A DNA stretch of 64,000 bases from Planctomycetota bacterium (GTDB lineage Bacteria > Planctomycetota > UBA8108 > SXIK01): NCBI GenBank assembly GCA_965223265.1, contig OZ244999.1, forward strand, positions 1,248,001 through 1,312,000. Reading direction: 5' to 3'. The position numbers and the translations under genes were made by a program. A model generated the notes under the pieces. The model did no database searches. It was not told the origin of the DNA and saw nothing but the letters and a program-made list of their open reading frames with translations. This document shows, piece after piece, positions 62,115 to 64,000 of the stretch (its first letter is position 1; each line of letters opens with the position of its first letter).

Positions 62115-63998
62115 TCACCGCGCACGTTCAGCACCGACTGGAACGTTGTTTTCCACGAGTCCGCGCTCGCCTTTGATGTTATCTTCCACTCGGGCGACGT
62201 TTCCTGCGACGATGTAGTCTGTCAGCGTGCCGAAGGGGTTGAGTGCGTTCTCTTCATCGCTGTGGCGAACTTCAAGCCTGATACCCGCTTGGCGGCAGCG
62301 CAGCGCGGCGACATTTCGGATGCGAAGTCCGGAGAATGTCTTTGCGACAGTGACGCGATAGAGGACGGCATTGGCTAACGTCGCGCTCTGGCCTTTCAGC
62401 GTGAAGCCGTCGACGAGCGTCTGATCGCAGTCCTCGATGAGGAGTGCAGCGCCGCTATGTGAAGAGTTCTGGACGGTGACGTCGCGCACCGAGACGCCGT
62501 CACAATCCCGAAACGAGATCGGTGCGCGAGGTCTCTCCTGCCTGGCCTGGTGGTCAACGATGCGCACGTTCGAGAGGTAGACCCCCGCAGTGTTCGAAAT
62601 CCGGATCGGTTCGACGCAGCGCTCGGCAGTAATGTTTCGCATGGATAACCCCTTGTGCCCTTGTGGTCTGTTGGCAGTTCTGATCGCATGCCGGCAATCG
62701 CGGGCATAGACGTCTTCAATCACGACGTTGCGGTTGGTCTGTGCTGGTTTCCCATGATCCTGGACGTCGATAGCGTAGACGCTTGATTCAGCGAAGACTT
62801 TTCGGACGGTGATGTTGTCGGTGCCGTCGCTGACCTCGACCACACCGCGGCTGCGGCTGTTGTAGCCACGCACGTTTTCAACCAAAACGTTCTTCACCTG
62901 AGCCCCGAACTCGCCTCCGGAAATAGACACCACGTCACGTATGACGCCATCGCCGACAACGTCCCGGACAACGCCGCCGACGATGTCGCCACTGCCTTCG
63001 AGTGGAACGATCTCGACGCCATCTTTGGCGCTGTTGACGAAACGGCCGCGCTCCACTCTAAATTCGCCGGCGGCGATCGAGAGGAGAGGAGCGCGCTCGC
63101 TTTGCGGGACCGTATCGGCATTGCCTCGGAGTGTGAAATCCGTCATCGCGACACCAGCGACGCGGACAACAACCAGCGGTGTCTTGCCCAAACCGTCCGG
63201 AAGGCGCGCGTTCAGACCTTGCACCGTCAGCGGCTTGTCGATGACCAAAGGCGTTGAGAGCGTGACTGTTTGCGATCGATCGAGCTGCAAGACCGAGTAG
63301 GGGGCGGCTTGATCGATCGTCTTCTGGAGATGCAGCATGGCAGCACTCTGTTCCGGTGAGCCGTCAGGGCGGCCGAAGTCTCTCGCACTTCGGTCGACGT
63401 CGGCTTCCCAGTGCGCCCAAGCCTCCAGAAGCTTCCGCTTCAATTCAGGTTGCTCTTCGGATAGATCGTTTTGCTCTCTGAGGTCGGACTCAAGGTTGAA
63501 TAGCTCAGTCTGTTTCTTCGTTGCGTGCAGTTTCCACGGGCCACTGCGCACGGCCCGACCTGAGCCGGCGCGCCAGAACAGCGTGCGCTCCGGAATCGGC
63601 GTGCCGTCCTTCAGTAGGCGTGACAGATCGATGCCGTCGAGTGGCAAGCCGTCCGTCGAGGCGTCGGCGAGCGACGCGAACGTTGGTAACAAGTCGATCG
63701 AGTTGGCGACAGCATCAGTGATAGCTGGAGTGATGGTGCCTGGCCAGTAGGCGACCGCTGGGACGCGGTGGCCGCCTTCGTAGAGCGATCCTTTTTGGCC
63801 TCGCAGGACTCCGTTGCTGGAGATGTTTTTGAATCGCGAACCGTACGTCAGGTAGCCGCCATTGTCTGAGGTGAAGATGACGAGAGTCCTTCTCTCGAGT
63901 TGGAACCGCTCGAGCGCCGCGACGATCTCTCCGACGCTCTTGTCGACTGACTCCACCATCGCTTTTACGTGCGGTGTGACGTTTGCCGGATCAGGGAC
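62115..63998 (-). CDS. Sulfatase fused to a right-handed beta-helix domain; N-terminus lies beyond the window
   Basis: FTSDNGG, GQKGSLYEGGHRVP, LFNLESDLREQNDL (sulfatase C-half), then parallel beta-helix repeats (NVLVENV, NITVRKV, NVVIEDV); frame open to the right edge. Confidence 0.85.
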   Translation of the reverse strand, partial: VPDPANVTPHVKAMVESVDKSVGEIVAALERFQLERRTLVIFTSDNGGYLTYGSRFKNISSNGVLRGQKGSLYEGGHRVPAVAYWPGTITPAITDAVANSIDLLPTFASLADASTDGLPLDGIDLSRLLKDGTPIPERTLFWRAGSGRAVRSGPWKLHATKKQTELFNLESDLREQNDLSEEQPELKRKLLEAWAHWEADVDRSARDFGRPDGSPEQSAAMLHLQKTIDQAAPYSVLQLDRSQTVTLSTPLVIDKPLTVQGLNARLPDGLGKTPLVVVRVAGVAMTDFTLRGNADTVPQSERAPLLSIAAGEFRVERGRFVNSAKDGVEIVPLEGSGDIVGGVVRDVVGDGVIRDVVSISGGEFGAQVKNVLVENVRGYNSRSRGVVEVSDGTDNITVRKVFAESSVYAIDVQDHGKPAQTNRNVVIEDVYARDCRHAIRTANRPQGHKGLSMRNITAERCVEPIRISNTAGVYLSNVRIVDHQARQERPRAPISFRDCDGVSVRDVTVQNSSHSGAALLIEDCDQTLVDGFTLKGQSATLANAVLYRVTVAKTFSGLRIRNVAALRCRQAGIRLEVRHSDEENALNPFGTLTDYIVAGNVARVEDNIKGERGLVENNVPVGAERAR

Positions 63999-64000
63999 GA

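Overview
A GC-rich bacterial window with a Planctomycetota-like gene set: DUF1549/DUF1553 (PSD1) and DUF1501 genes, a PVC-type heme-binding CxxCH dehydrogenase, two ECF sigma factors with long C-terminal extensions, three sulfatases, BNR/sialidase-like and other exported carbohydrate-active proteins, and four planctomycete-type dockerin modules. It is an accessory/catabolic region; I saw no rRNA, tRNA or CRISPR array. Highlights: (1) a stand-alone Avd/IVP-like four-helix-bundle gene with a structured leader, bracketed by ~45-bp direct repeats built from hexamer arrays, with a perfect 17x9-bp in-frame repeat 3 kb away; (2) a signal-peptide + dockerin + tandem Hcp (T6SS tube-like) protein with no T6SS genes nearby; (3) a short (class III-like) hybrid cluster protein plus protoglobin pair behind two Crp/Fnr-type boxes; (4) adjacent CTAG-bounded palindromic MITE-like elements next to an orphan dockerin; (5) an ECF gene with a strong internal Shine-Dalgarno/ATG; (6) a possible HPF1/SUKH-like protein; plus several gene remnants including a group II intron RT fragment. 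All family calls are from motif recognition by eye, not database searches.
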